Source of the DNA: Candidatus Eiseniibacteriota bacterium
GTDB taxonomy: Bacteria > Eisenbacteria > RBG-16-71-46 > CAIMUX01
Reading direction: 5' to 3'
Length of the DNA: 64,000 nt
Assembly (NCBI GenBank): GCA_016712505.1
Contig: JADJQY010000042.1
Location: 269,809-333,808 of the forward strand
A program made the position numbers and the translations under genes. This document shows positions 37,120 through 45,929 of the stretch, piece after piece (within the stretch, counting starts at the first letter, position 1; each line of letters opens with the position of its first letter). Under the pieces are notes generated by a model. That model made no database searches. It was not told the DNA's origin and was given only the letters and a program-made list of their open reading frames with translations.

Positions 37120-37150
37120 TCTATCGATAACGATACAACGTTATCATTTT
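37120..37150. promoter_or_regulatory. Candidate Fur-box-like inverted repeat in the promoter of the Cys-rich protein gene
   Basis: ATCGATAACGATACAACGTTATCAT contains a perfect GATAACG/CGTTATC inverted repeat. It sits within an AT-rich patch ~70 bp upstream of the start at 37057 and resembles the site upstream of fur at 41108..41142. Confidence 0.35.
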
Positions 37151-37426
37151 TGTTTCCTCGGTTCCTCCCAAAATTCGACATGCCTCGGCAGTTCGCGTGG
37201 ACGATTCAAGGCCGTTATGGCGCATGGCCAGACTGGGGCGAAGCAGCGAACCCACCGGCTACAGCACGCGTTCTGAGTCGAATCCGCGCGGCAATCCTGA
37301 CCAGTCAGGCGATCGGCCGGTGCAACTTCGAGCGACGCGCGCCCAGAGCTGACGCAGAGTCAGGCATCGGCGCTGCCGCCGGCTCGGGCAAACGGCGAGA
37401 GATGCACGAATCTTCGCGCCACAGCC

Positions 37427-39682
37427 TCAGAAATACGTGCGGTAGCTGAGGCGAAGGTCGCGGCCGGCCTCCGGGAGGATCGACCGAATGCGCGAAAGGT
37501 GGTTGCGATACTCCCGGTCCGTCACGTTGTCGACCGAAAGGGAGACCTCATGCAGCGCGTGACGCCGCGGAAGCGCGAGCGCGACGCGGGCGTCGAAGAC
37601 CAGGTAGCCGGCGGTGGGATCCTCGAATTCCCCGGTTCGCGACTGGCGGGCGGCTCCCCGGGCAGTGAGGCCGTAACGCCACTCCCCGTGGCGAAGATCC
37701 GCTCGGAGCAGACCGTGGAGCGGCGGCACCGCAGGGAGCGGGCGATCTCCCTCCGGCAGGCTTCCTTCGACCCAGCTCAGGTTGCCCTCCCAGTCGACCC
37801 ACAGGTGGGCTGCACCGCTCAGCTCCAACCCGGCCAGCCGGGCATCGCGCCCGACGAAGCGGTAGCGCGGCAGCGCCCCATCCTCTCCCGCGCCATACTC
37901 GATCTCACCCGTGTCGCGCGCATAGGTGTAGCGCTCGAACTGGTTCCAGAACCCAGAGAAGCGGAGTTCACCGACCGCGCCCCGGTAGTTCAATCCGAGA
38001 TCGACCCCGAGTCCGGTCTCGGGATCGAGGTCGGCGTTTCCGACCTCGTAAGAGTACGCGGCAAGATGCGGCCCTTCACTGAACAGTTCCTCCAGCGCCG
38101 GGGGGCTGAAGGAGCGTTGAGCGAGCAACTCGGTGCTCCAGGTGGCGGAGAGGGAGCGGGACAGGCGCAACGAGGCGGATACACCGCTGAAGTCACGTGC
38201 TCGGACCACCCCCGCCTTCGTCGTATCCCCCTCCTCGGGACGAACGGCGCGAAGATCGACCCGGCCTCCGACCCCCACCTCCCAGGGACCGATCGTCGCC
38301 TCATGCACCGTGAAGAGCGCCGCCGAACGCTCGGTGGTGGGCGGAATGAAACTCAGGCAACCGGTCGCGAAGTCGCGGTGCTCGATCCAGAGACCGACGA
38401 GGTGAGGCGCCGTACGCGAGAAGCGAGCCACGGCGGAGGCGTGGTACGAAACGACCCCGAATGCCACGCCGCAGACGTCGTTCGACTCGAGCTCTTCGTG
38501 GTAGTAACGCGAATAGCTCCCCTTCAGATCGAGGCGCGAGACCGGTCCTTCGCGCGGGGAGAGTCGCACCGCCGCTTCGAGAAAGCGCCGATCGAGTTCG
38601 ATATCGACGCCGTGAGCGTGGCCACCGAGGAATCCGCCCGGAATGCCGTAGTCGGATCGGTACAGACCACCGGCGATCCCGACCGTCGATCGCTCGCCCA
38701 CCTGGGAGATCCCGAGAGAAGCGCCACGGGTTCGGATCTCGGTGTTGCGCAGTTCGCCGCCAGGGGTTTGGGTATCGCGGGCCTCGCGCCAGGACCCATC
38801 GCCGCGAAGGGCGATGCTGCCGAACGGGGCGATGCCGTCGAGCGGGGCACGAAAGGCCAGGGACCCCGATCCTCCGGTATTCACCGACTGGCCGGTCAGC
38901 CCCAGATTTCCATTCAGGCGGCTCGGAAGCGAGAGCGGCACCGTCTCGTGCTCGACGTTCACGACTCCGCCGAGGACGTTCGATCCGTAGAGGAGAGCAC
39001 GCGGACCGCGGATGACCTCGATTCCCTCCGCGGTCATCGGCTCGATGGTGACCGCATGATCCGCAGAGCTGGCCGAGAGATCACCCGTCCGTTCGCCGTC
39101 CTCGAGCACGAGAAGGCGGTTGCCGCCCAGACCACGCAACACCGGGCGAGACGGAGCCGGACCCATGCTCCGGGTGGCCAGCCCCGGCTCATTCTCCATC
39201 GACTCCGCGATGGTGCCGGCCAACCGCTCCCGGAGCGCCTCGCCCGAGAGGGAGACCGCAGACCGTCCGCGCATCTCCGGATCCGCCCCGCGCGCCCCCT
39301 CGACCAGCACAGGATCGAGACTCAGATTGACCGGTTCGAGAACCAACGCGAGTCGAAGGGTGTCGTGTGCAGCAAGTTCGAACGGGATCATCCGCTCGGC
39401 ATACCCGATCCGCCCGACCCAGAGCGTGTCGGGACCGGCGGCCAGGTCCTCGAACGCGAAGGCGCCCGCCTCGTCGGTCGTACCGGGAATCCCGTTCCGC
39501 GCCAGATGGAGGTGGGCATCGATCACCGGAGCCCCGCTCACCGCATCGTGAATCGCTCCCCGCAGCGCAGCCCCGATACCCGGGGTGGGCTGCGCCGCCA
39601 CCGAGACGGTGGCGGCGGCGAACAACGACCAGATGGCGACAGACGGCGCCGATCGAGCGAGATACGTGGCGCGAACCTTCAC
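37427..39682 (-). CDS. TonB-dependent outer-membrane receptor (with an N-terminal CarboxypepD_reg-like domain)
   Basis: It has a signal peptide and a plug domain whose TonB-box region resembles TonB-dependent receptors. The barrel has a long beta-strand pattern. The terminal aromatic residue (…SYRTYF) is typical of OM barrels. Confidence 0.85.
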   Translation of the reverse strand: MKVRATYLARSAPSVAIWSLFAAATVSVAAQPTPGIGAALRGAIHDAVSGAPVIDAHLHLARNGIPGTTDEAGAFAFEDLAAGPDTLWVGRIGYAERMIPFELAAHDTLRLALVLEPVNLSLDPVLVEGARGADPEMRGRSAVSLSGEALRERLAGTIAESMENEPGLATRSMGPAPSRPVLRGLGGNRLLVLEDGERTGDLSASSADHAVTIEPMTAEGIEVIRGPRALLYGSNVLGGVVNVEHETVPLSLPSRLNGNLGLTGQSVNTGGSGSLAFRAPLDGIAPFGSIALRGDGSWREARDTQTPGGELRNTEIRTRGASLGISQVGERSTVGIAGGLYRSDYGIPGGFLGGHAHGVDIELDRRFLEAAVRLSPREGPVSRLDLKGSYSRYYHEELESNDVCGVAFGVVSYHASAVARFSRTAPHLVGLWIEHRDFATGCLSFIPPTTERSAALFTVHEATIGPWEVGVGGRVDLRAVRPEEGDTTKAGVVRARDFSGVSASLRLSRSLSATWSTELLAQRSFSPPALEELFSEGPHLAAYSYEVGNADLDPETGLGVDLGLNYRGAVGELRFSGFWNQFERYTYARDTGEIEYGAGEDGALPRYRFVGRDARLAGLELSGAAHLWVDWEGNLSWVEGSLPEGDRPLPAVPPLHGLLRADLRHGEWRYGLTARGAARQSRTGEFEDPTAGYLVFDARVALALPRRHALHEVSLSVDNVTDREYRNHLSRIRSILPEAGRDLRLSYRTYF

Positions 39683-40956
39683 CCGATGATCTCGACCGGG
39701 ATCGGAGGAGTGACGTAGGCAATCGCGTCGTTCCGCAGCACAGTGATCCGCAAGTGAGTCCGCCCCGCAGTGACGCCAACCAGGTGAAATAGCGTGATCT
39801 CACCCCAATGTTCGGGGTGGTTCACGGTGCCACCCATGCAACCGTTCTCGAACTCGAAGAGCAAGCTGTACTCAGCATCGTCGTAATCCTCACCGCGGCA
39901 ATCCTCGGTCAGGCGCTGGAAGTTGAACAGGTCGGTGGTGTCCCCCACGGCTGCGGTCAGGAGATTCACCGCCGGTGGGCGGCTACCGCAGGTCTCGGAG
40001 AAGAGCACTCCGTCGCGTCCCGTGGCCACCCACACCCCGTTCAGCTTCAAGACGAAGTCGGCCGAACCGGCGTCACCAGCGTTCGGCACGTGGACGGTCA
40101 GCGGGATCGGGCCTGAGGTGTAGTCGGAATGGCCCTCGTGAAGAATCTTCCAGCGCACGGTGGTGGTTCCGGCGACCTTTCCACGAATGAGCACGCGCCA
40201 GGGGTCGAGCGGATCGACTTCCACCTCGACGAGCGATGGATCTGTGATCTCCCACCCCAGGGTGTAGGGCTCGCCTTCGGGGGCGAACAGAAGGCGATCC
40301 GGCGAAACGAAGCGCACGTCGATGCTGTCGTTCACTCCGCCCACCGGCGCGAGGAGGCGACCGGTGGCCACCTCCGGGTGGGCCAGGTCATAGTTCCAGG
40401 TCGCGAGCCAGGTACACTTCTGGGCCAGCACCAGTCCCTCGGCCTCGATCTCCCCCTCGTCCACGACGTGAAGATCGATCGGGAGCGAGGTGAAGTCGGC
40501 GTGATCCCCGTGCCAGACCCGGATGCGGAAGGTGGTCTTGCCGTCGGCCAGCCCACGCACGGTGAACGCCCACCTGTCCCCATCGACAGCGGAGATCTCG
40601 GCGATGGTCGGGTCCGCCACCTCGAAGCGCAGAGCGTGGTCCACACAAGCGGCGGCCGGAACGGTCTCGAGGCTGTCGGCATCCAGGAAGCGCACCCGGA
40701 TCGGCTCCGAGGTCTCCTCGTGGTGGGCGTGCACCTCGCCGGAGGTCGCTCCCTGCCACTGGGTCACGATCACTTCGTCACTTTCCCGCAAGAGCAGTCC
40801 GTCGGCATCGAGATGCTCGCAAGCCGGTTCGCCATCGTCGGCAGGGTTGTCGTCACCGCACCCGGTGAGTCCGCCCCCGAGGAGCAGGGCGGCGACCAGC
40901 ATCAGGCACCCCACCGGGGTCAGACCCGGAAACCAATCGCGGACAGAGCGTTGCAT
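39679..40956 (-). CDS. Lipoprotein with two copies of the novel Big-like W-H-x-D-H-x-D domain
   Basis: Lipobox LTGC. Two homologous ~120-aa domains end IRVWHGDHADFTSLPIDLHVV and WKILHEGHSDYTSGPIPLTVHV. It overlaps the TonB-dependent receptor gene by 4 bp, so they are likely co-transcribed. Confidence 0.65.
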   Translation of the reverse strand: MQRSVRDWFPGLTPVGCLMLVAALLLGGGLTGCGDDNPADDGEPACEHLDADGLLLRESDEVIVTQWQGATSGEVHAHHEETSEPIRVRFLDADSLETVPAAACVDHALRFEVADPTIAEISAVDGDRWAFTVRGLADGKTTFRIRVWHGDHADFTSLPIDLHVVDEGEIEAEGLVLAQKCTWLATWNYDLAHPEVATGRLLAPVGGVNDSIDVRFVSPDRLLFAPEGEPYTLGWEITDPSLVEVEVDPLDPWRVLIRGKVAGTTTVRWKILHEGHSDYTSGPIPLTVHVPNAGDAGSADFVLKLNGVWVATGRDGVLFSETCGSRPPAVNLLTAAVGDTTDLFNFQRLTEDCRGEDYDDAEYSLLFEFENGCMGGTVNHPEHWGEITLFHLVGVTAGRTHLRITVLRNDAIAYVTPPIPVEIIG

Positions 40957-41107
40957 TCTGGGCTCCTTGTTCTCTCCCTGCCGGCCGGGCGTGCAATCGC
41001 TTCGTGCGAGGGAGAGCGCGTTATCACCAACGCATCATATGGTTAGCGCAACAGATAGGACTCCCGAGCAGGCGCGTTCTTGACTAGAGTCACGCGAGCG
41101 CAAGTTC

Positions 41108-41142
41108 GTGATAGTAACGATAAACAAGTATCAATTATCGTC
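41108..41142. promoter_or_regulatory. Candidate Fur box in the divergent fur / lipoprotein-TonB receptor promoter region
   Basis: GTGATAGTAACGATAAACAAGTATCAATTATCGTC has GATAA/TTATC half-sites (ACGATAA...TTATCGT inverted repeat). It lies in a conspicuous AT-rich island ~40 bp upstream of the fur ATG. Confidence 0.45.
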
Positions 41143-41179
41143 AAGAGGGAAGTGCGTTCCCTCGGGAAACAAGGGACCC

Positions 41180-41560
41180 ATGCAGCGGAACACGCGACAG
41201 CGTCAGGCGATCCAGAAGGCCTTCTCGCACGCGGGGAGACCACTGGGACCGCGGGAAGTCCTGGAAGCGGCCGTGACGGTGGTTCCCGGACTAGGGATTG
41301 CGACGGTCTACCGGACGATCAAGGAACTGGTCGACGCCGGAGAGATCGTGCCGGTGGAGCTGCCGGGCGAGAACACGCGCTACGAGGTATCGGGCAAGCA
41401 CCACCACCACCACTTCCACTGCAACAAGTGCAGCGGGGTGTTCGAGGTGGAGGTCTGCAACTTCGACGCGACCGTTCCGAAGGGATTCCGGCTCGAGGAT
41501 CACGAGGTGATCCTCTATGGCCTCTGTGACAACTGCGCACCAGGGAGGAAGACGAAATGA
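41180..41560 (+). CDS. fur: Fur-family metalloregulator (Fur/Zur-like)
   Basis: Winged-helix N-terminus (RNTRQRQAIQKAF...). His-rich metal site GKHHHHHFHC. Two CxxC pairs (CNKC...CDNC). I trimmed the start to MQRNTRQ. Confidence 0.8.
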   Translation: MQRNTRQRQAIQKAFSHAGRPLGPREVLEAAVTVVPGLGIATVYRTIKELVDAGEIVPVELPGENTRYEVSGKHHHHHFHCNKCSGVFEVEVCNFDATVPKGFRLEDHEVILYGLCDNCAPGRKTK

Positions 41561-43101
41561 GCGACGCGCGCCGGGACTCGGGACGAAACCACCCTCGCCT
41601 CGAGCCCCGCCGGCTCCCGGCGCGATCGCTCAAGTCTGCCCTGCTCCTCACGTCCTCGATCGCCGCAGTGACGCTCTTCGCGCTGCTCCCGGCATCCGCG
41701 GCACGGGCCCAGTTCGCGACCGCAACGCCCGCGGTGAATTCCTTGGTCGCCGCCATCGCCGCCACTCCTGCCGAGGGGGACCTCCTCGCCGCCGGCCCGA
41801 TGCCGGCCGGGGCGGCGCTCCGGTCGGCCACGATCTGGCTCCAGACGAAGCAGGCGTGCAGCGTGGAGCTGCGCTACGGCATCGACGGATCCGGCAGCGC
41901 TGCGGGCGAAACCGGCACGGGAGGCGCTTCGGCTCCCATGATCGCGGCCCCGGCGCAGGCCACGACCCTCGCCGGGGAGCACATCGCGGTCTTCGAGCTG
42001 GATGATCTCGAGCCGGGGACCACCTACCGCTACGAGCTCCGGCTCGATGGCGCCCTGGTCGAAAGGCCCTATCCGTTCACCTTCAAGACGCAGCCGCTCT
42101 GGGAATGGCGCACCGATCCGCCCACCGTGACGGTCATGATCGGCTCCTGTTTCTACGTCAACGAGGAGCAGTACGACCGCCCGGGGAAGCCGTACGGCAG
42201 CGAGCACGAGATTCTCGGGCCGATGGCCGCGGTCCGTCCGGATTTGATGATCTGGCTGGGGGACAACACCTATCTGAGAGAAGTCGACTACTTCTCCCCC
42301 GGCGGAATCCGCGGGCGCTATCGCCACACGCGGAGCTTCCCCGGATTGCAGCCGTTTCTCGCCTCGACCCACCACTACGCCACCTGGGACGATCACGACT
42401 TCGGCCCGAACGACAGCGACGGCAGCTACCCCCTGAAGGCGCAGGCGCTCGAGACCTTCAGCCGGTACTGGCCCGCTCCGAACCACGGAGTCGAGGGAGC
42501 ACCCGGAGTCTTCCAGCGCTTCCGCTGGGCCGATATCGACTTCTTCCTCCTCGATGATCGCTACCACCGGAAGCCGAACCGGTGGCCGGCCGGTCCGGAC
42601 AAGCGAATGCTGGGCCTGGCGCAGATGAACTGGCTGAAGGAGGGGCTTGTCTCCTCTGACGCGACCTGGAAGGTGGTCGCGCTGGGCAACCAGGTTCTGA
42701 ATGACGTGGGGCGCTTCGAGACCTTCGGCCGCTACCCGGAGGAACGGAAGGAACTGCTCGACTGGATCGTCGGGCAGAAGATCGACGGCGTCGTCTTCAT
42801 CTCCGGGGATCGCCACCGGAGCGAGCTGACCCGCGTCGAACCGCCCGGCGGCTACCCGCTATACGACTTCACCAGCTCCTCGATCACCGCCGGGATCGCC
42901 AACCTGAAGGAAGACGACGCGGAGTGGAGTCTCCCCAACCGGGTCGAGGGAACCCTGCTCCTGGAGCACAGCTTCGGCCTGATGCGGTTTTCCGGGCCGA
43001 GAAAAGAACGGGTGGTGACCTTTTCCGCCATGGGGAAGGACGGGACGCTCCGGTGGGAGCGGTCGGTGGCGCGCACGGAATTGTCATCGGCCAAAAACTA
43101 G
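41557..43101 (+). CDS. phoD: Alkaline phosphatase D (PhoD-like metallophosphatase), secreted
   Basis: N-terminal signal/Tat-like region. PhoD motifs are ATWDDHDFGPND, FFLLDDRYHR and ISGDRHRSEL. Its ATG overlaps the fur stop (ATGA). Confidence 0.85.
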   Translation: MSDARRDSGRNHPRLEPRRLPARSLKSALLLTSSIAAVTLFALLPASAARAQFATATPAVNSLVAAIAATPAEGDLLAAGPMPAGAALRSATIWLQTKQACSVELRYGIDGSGSAAGETGTGGASAPMIAAPAQATTLAGEHIAVFELDDLEPGTTYRYELRLDGALVERPYPFTFKTQPLWEWRTDPPTVTVMIGSCFYVNEEQYDRPGKPYGSEHEILGPMAAVRPDLMIWLGDNTYLREVDYFSPGGIRGRYRHTRSFPGLQPFLASTHHYATWDDHDFGPNDSDGSYPLKAQALETFSRYWPAPNHGVEGAPGVFQRFRWADIDFFLLDDRYHRKPNRWPAGPDKRMLGLAQMNWLKEGLVSSDATWKVVALGNQVLNDVGRFETFGRYPEERKELLDWIVGQKIDGVVFISGDRHRSELTRVEPPGGYPLYDFTSSSITAGIANLKEDDAEWSLPNRVEGTLLLEHSFGLMRFSGPRKERVVTFSAMGKDGTLRWERSVARTELSSAKN

Positions 43102-43362
43102 GCGCGGACTGATCTTTTAACCTCTTTTTTTTCAATACGTTACGTCGAGTGATACTCGGCGCAACCTGCCCGATCCCGGCCTTCGGGGGGCCCCACGATC
43201 CGCGCCAAACGCCCCTCCGGGGCGACCCGGAAGGCTCCCCACCAAAGTGATTCCCGACCCCGGATCGGACAGTCCCCCAGTCGTTTCCCGCGTCTTACGC
43301 TTGCGTTCTGGGCGGGCGTCGGGTATCCCTGTCGCAAATCTCAATGCACAGAGGAGGCTGTC

Positions 43363-44325
43363 ATGCTTCGGATCGGTGACCCTGCACCTTCATTCCGTCT
43401 TGCCTCCACCTCCGGACGGGAGGTGTCGCTGGAAGATTTCCGCGGACACAAGATCGTTCGCTACTTCTATCCGAAGGATGAGACGTCCGGCTGCACCAAG
43501 GAAGCGTGCGACTTCCGGGACAACATGCATCGGCTGAGCGATGCCGGAGCGGTCGTGCTCGGCGTCTCTCCCGATTCGATCGATTCGCATCACGGCTTCC
43601 GGGCCAATCATGACCTTCCCTTCGACCTTCTGAGCGACCCTGATCATGAGGTGGCGAAGGACTACGGTGCCTATGGCGAGAAGATCAGCTACGGCACCCC
43701 CACGCTGGGAATCATCCGCTCGACGATCGTGATCGACGAGCTCGGGTATGTGGACGCAATCTGGTCGCCGGTCACGGTCGACGGACACGCGGAGCAGGTG
43801 ATCGACTTCCTCTACGGACGCACGTCGTCCCCGGGGGAGGCGGCCATGGACTCCACGCCCCGCAAGTCGCCCGCCCCTGCGGCGAAGAAGGCCACCAGCC
43901 CGAAGAAGACCGCTGCTCCGAAGAAAGCGCCGGCTGCCAAGCCGGCCCCCGCTTCGAAGCAGGGTGCTTCACCCAAGAAGTCCGCCTCGGCGGGCGCGAA
44001 GCCGGCTGCCAAGAAGTCCGTGGCGGGCGGTGCGAAGGCCGGTTCGAAGAAGAAGGCGGCGAAGAAGGCCGTCAAGAAGGCAGCGCGGAAGGCCACCAAG
44101 ACGGCGGCCAGGAAGGCAGCCACGAAAACCAGCAAGGAGGCAGCGAAGATGATGGCGAAGAAGGCGGGCAAGAAGGCCGCGAAGAAGGCGACCAAGAAGG
44201 CCACCAAGAAGACCGCCAAGAAGGCGACCAAGAAGGTGACGAAGAAGGCCGCCAAGAAGGCCGCCAAGAAGGCGCCCAAGAAGGCCGCCAAGAAGACCGC
44301 GAAGAAGGCCACCAAGAAGGCCTAA
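43363..44325 (+). CDS. bcp: Bcp/PrxQ-type thiol peroxidase fused to a C-terminal histone-H1-like Lys/Ala-rich tail
   Basis: The N-terminal ~150 aa form a peroxiredoxin (YPKDETSGCTKEACDFRD). The last ~170 aa are AKKA/KKAT repeats (12-bp AAGAAGGCSRCC tandem repeats in the DNA), as in H1/Hc1/AlgP tails. There is a strong GAGGAGG RBS. Confidence 0.8.
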   Translation: MLRIGDPAPSFRLASTSGREVSLEDFRGHKIVRYFYPKDETSGCTKEACDFRDNMHRLSDAGAVVLGVSPDSIDSHHGFRANHDLPFDLLSDPDHEVAKDYGAYGEKISYGTPTLGIIRSTIVIDELGYVDAIWSPVTVDGHAEQVIDFLYGRTSSPGEAAMDSTPRKSPAPAAKKATSPKKTAAPKKAPAAKPAPASKQGASPKKSASAGAKPAAKKSVAGGAKAGSKKKAAKKAVKKAARKATKTAARKAATKTSKEAAKMMAKKAGKKAAKKATKKATKKTAKKATKKVTKKAAKKAAKKAPKKAAKKTAKKATKKA

Positions 44326-44446
44326 GCGGCTTCGTCGCACGGGCCTTTGGACCAAGGGCCTGTTAGACTCGAGCACGCGGCGCGCGGTTTCCGTGCGCCG
44401 CGTCTTCATGTCCGGAAGTCCGGATCCCTCGCTTCAGGAGGACACC

Positions 44447-45277
44447 ATGCAGACGATCTCGCGCGCCGTTCGTCCGGTCATTACTGCCGCTCTGCTCGGG
44501 GCCGCGCTCCTCTCCGCGGGCTGCGGTTCGAGCGCCCGCCTGACCCACGAGAACCTGAACGGCCTCCTCTGGATGCAGACCTCCGGTGAGTACCGCGCCG
44601 CGTGCCTCACCGCCTATCGCACGGCCACGACCCAGATGGAGAAGGCTCTGGCCGATCCGGGCTGGACCGCCGCCCTGGAACAGAGCGGCGATCTCTCCGC
44701 ACTTGCGCCCGCGGTGATCCTGGATGCCGATGAGACCGCACTCGACAACTCGGCCTATCAGTCGCGGTTGGCCAAGAGTTCCCGCGGCTTCGCCCCGGAT
44801 ACCTGGAGTGCCTGGTGCCGTGAGGAGCTTGCCACGGCCGTACCCGGCGCCTCCGACTTCTGCCGCGCGGCGGTAGAAAGGGGGGTCACGCTGTTGTTCG
44901 TCACCAACCGTGACACGCAACTTGCCGAATCCACCCTACGCAACCTGGGAAAGGCTGGATTCCCCAACGACCCGCGGCGCGTCCAGGTCATCGGGAAGAC
45001 CGCCGAGTCGGACAAGGGGCCACGTCGCGCCGATCTTTCCCGGCGCTACCGCATTCTGCTTCTGGTCGGCGACCAGCTCGGCGACTTCGTCTCGGTGCCC
45101 AATGGGGCCTCGTCGACCGACCGCGCCGCGCTGGCCGAGCAGAACGCCGCCATGTGGGGCACCAGGTGGATCGCATTGCCCAACTGCACCTACGGCGATT
45201 GGGAGCGGAGCCTGGTGGACAGCAAGCGGTCGGATGAGGAGAATCTCAAAGCGAAGTTCGGTCGACTTCGCGACTGA
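44447..45277 (+). CDS. Class B acid phosphatase / 5'-nucleotidase, lipoprotein e(P4) family (HAD superfamily)
   Basis: Lipobox LLSAGC. HAD motif I-like AVILDADETALDNSAYQ. I trimmed the start to MQTISRA. Confidence 0.65.
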   Translation: MQTISRAVRPVITAALLGAALLSAGCGSSARLTHENLNGLLWMQTSGEYRAACLTAYRTATTQMEKALADPGWTAALEQSGDLSALAPAVILDADETALDNSAYQSRLAKSSRGFAPDTWSAWCREELATAVPGASDFCRAAVERGVTLLFVTNRDTQLAESTLRNLGKAGFPNDPRRVQVIGKTAESDKGPRRADLSRRYRILLLVGDQLGDFVSVPNGASSTDRAALAEQNAAMWGTRWIALPNCTYGDWERSLVDSKRSDEENLKAKFGRLRD

Positions 45278-45306
45278 GCAGTCTCCCTCCGAAACGAAAG
45301 GGTCCT

Positions 45307-45927
45307 GTGCACGAACTTCTCCCTCACCTGCCGTCGATCCAGCAACTCATCCAGTGGGGCGGGATCATCGGGATCACACTCATCGTGTTTGCCGAGACCG
45401 GGCTCTTGATCGGCTTCTTCCTGCCGGGCGACTCGTTGCTGGTCACCGCGGGCGTCTTCGCCGCCAACGGCGACCTGAGCCTCGCGCTACTCCTCACCGT
45501 GGTGCCGGCGGCCGCGATCCTGGGGGATGCCACCGGCTATGCGATCGGAAAGCGCGCCGGAGCCTCGCTCTACCACCGACCGGACTCCCGGTTCTTCAAG
45601 CGGAGCCACCTGGTGAAGGCGCACTCCTTCTACGAGAAGTACGGCGGCAAGACGATCGTGCTCGCGCGCTTCATCCCGATCGTTCGCACCTTCGCCCCCA
45701 CCGTGGCCGGCGCGGCTGAGATGGGGTACCGCCGCTTCGCCATGTACAACATCTTCGGAGGGTTGCTCTGGGTTTACTCCACCGTGCTGCTGGGCTACCT
45801 GCTCGGCCGCTCGGTGCCCGATCTGGAGAAGCACATCCACCTGGTGATCGCCGCGGTGGTCATCCTCTCGATCCTCCCGGCGGTCTGGGAGTGGTGGAAA
45901 CACCGCCAGGAGACGCGCAAGCGTTGA
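45307..45927 (+). CDS. dedA: DedA/SNARE-associated family membrane protein
   Basis: Characteristic VFAETGLLIGFFLPGDSLL motif and hydrophobic topology. Confidence 0.8.
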   Translation: MHELLPHLPSIQQLIQWGGIIGITLIVFAETGLLIGFFLPGDSLLVTAGVFAANGDLSLALLLTVVPAAAILGDATGYAIGKRAGASLYHRPDSRFFKRSHLVKAHSFYEKYGGKTIVLARFIPIVRTFAPTVAGAAEMGYRRFAMYNIFGGLLWVYSTVLLGYLLGRSVPDLEKHIHLVIAAVVILSILPAVWEWWKHRQETRKR

Positions 45928-45929
45928 TG

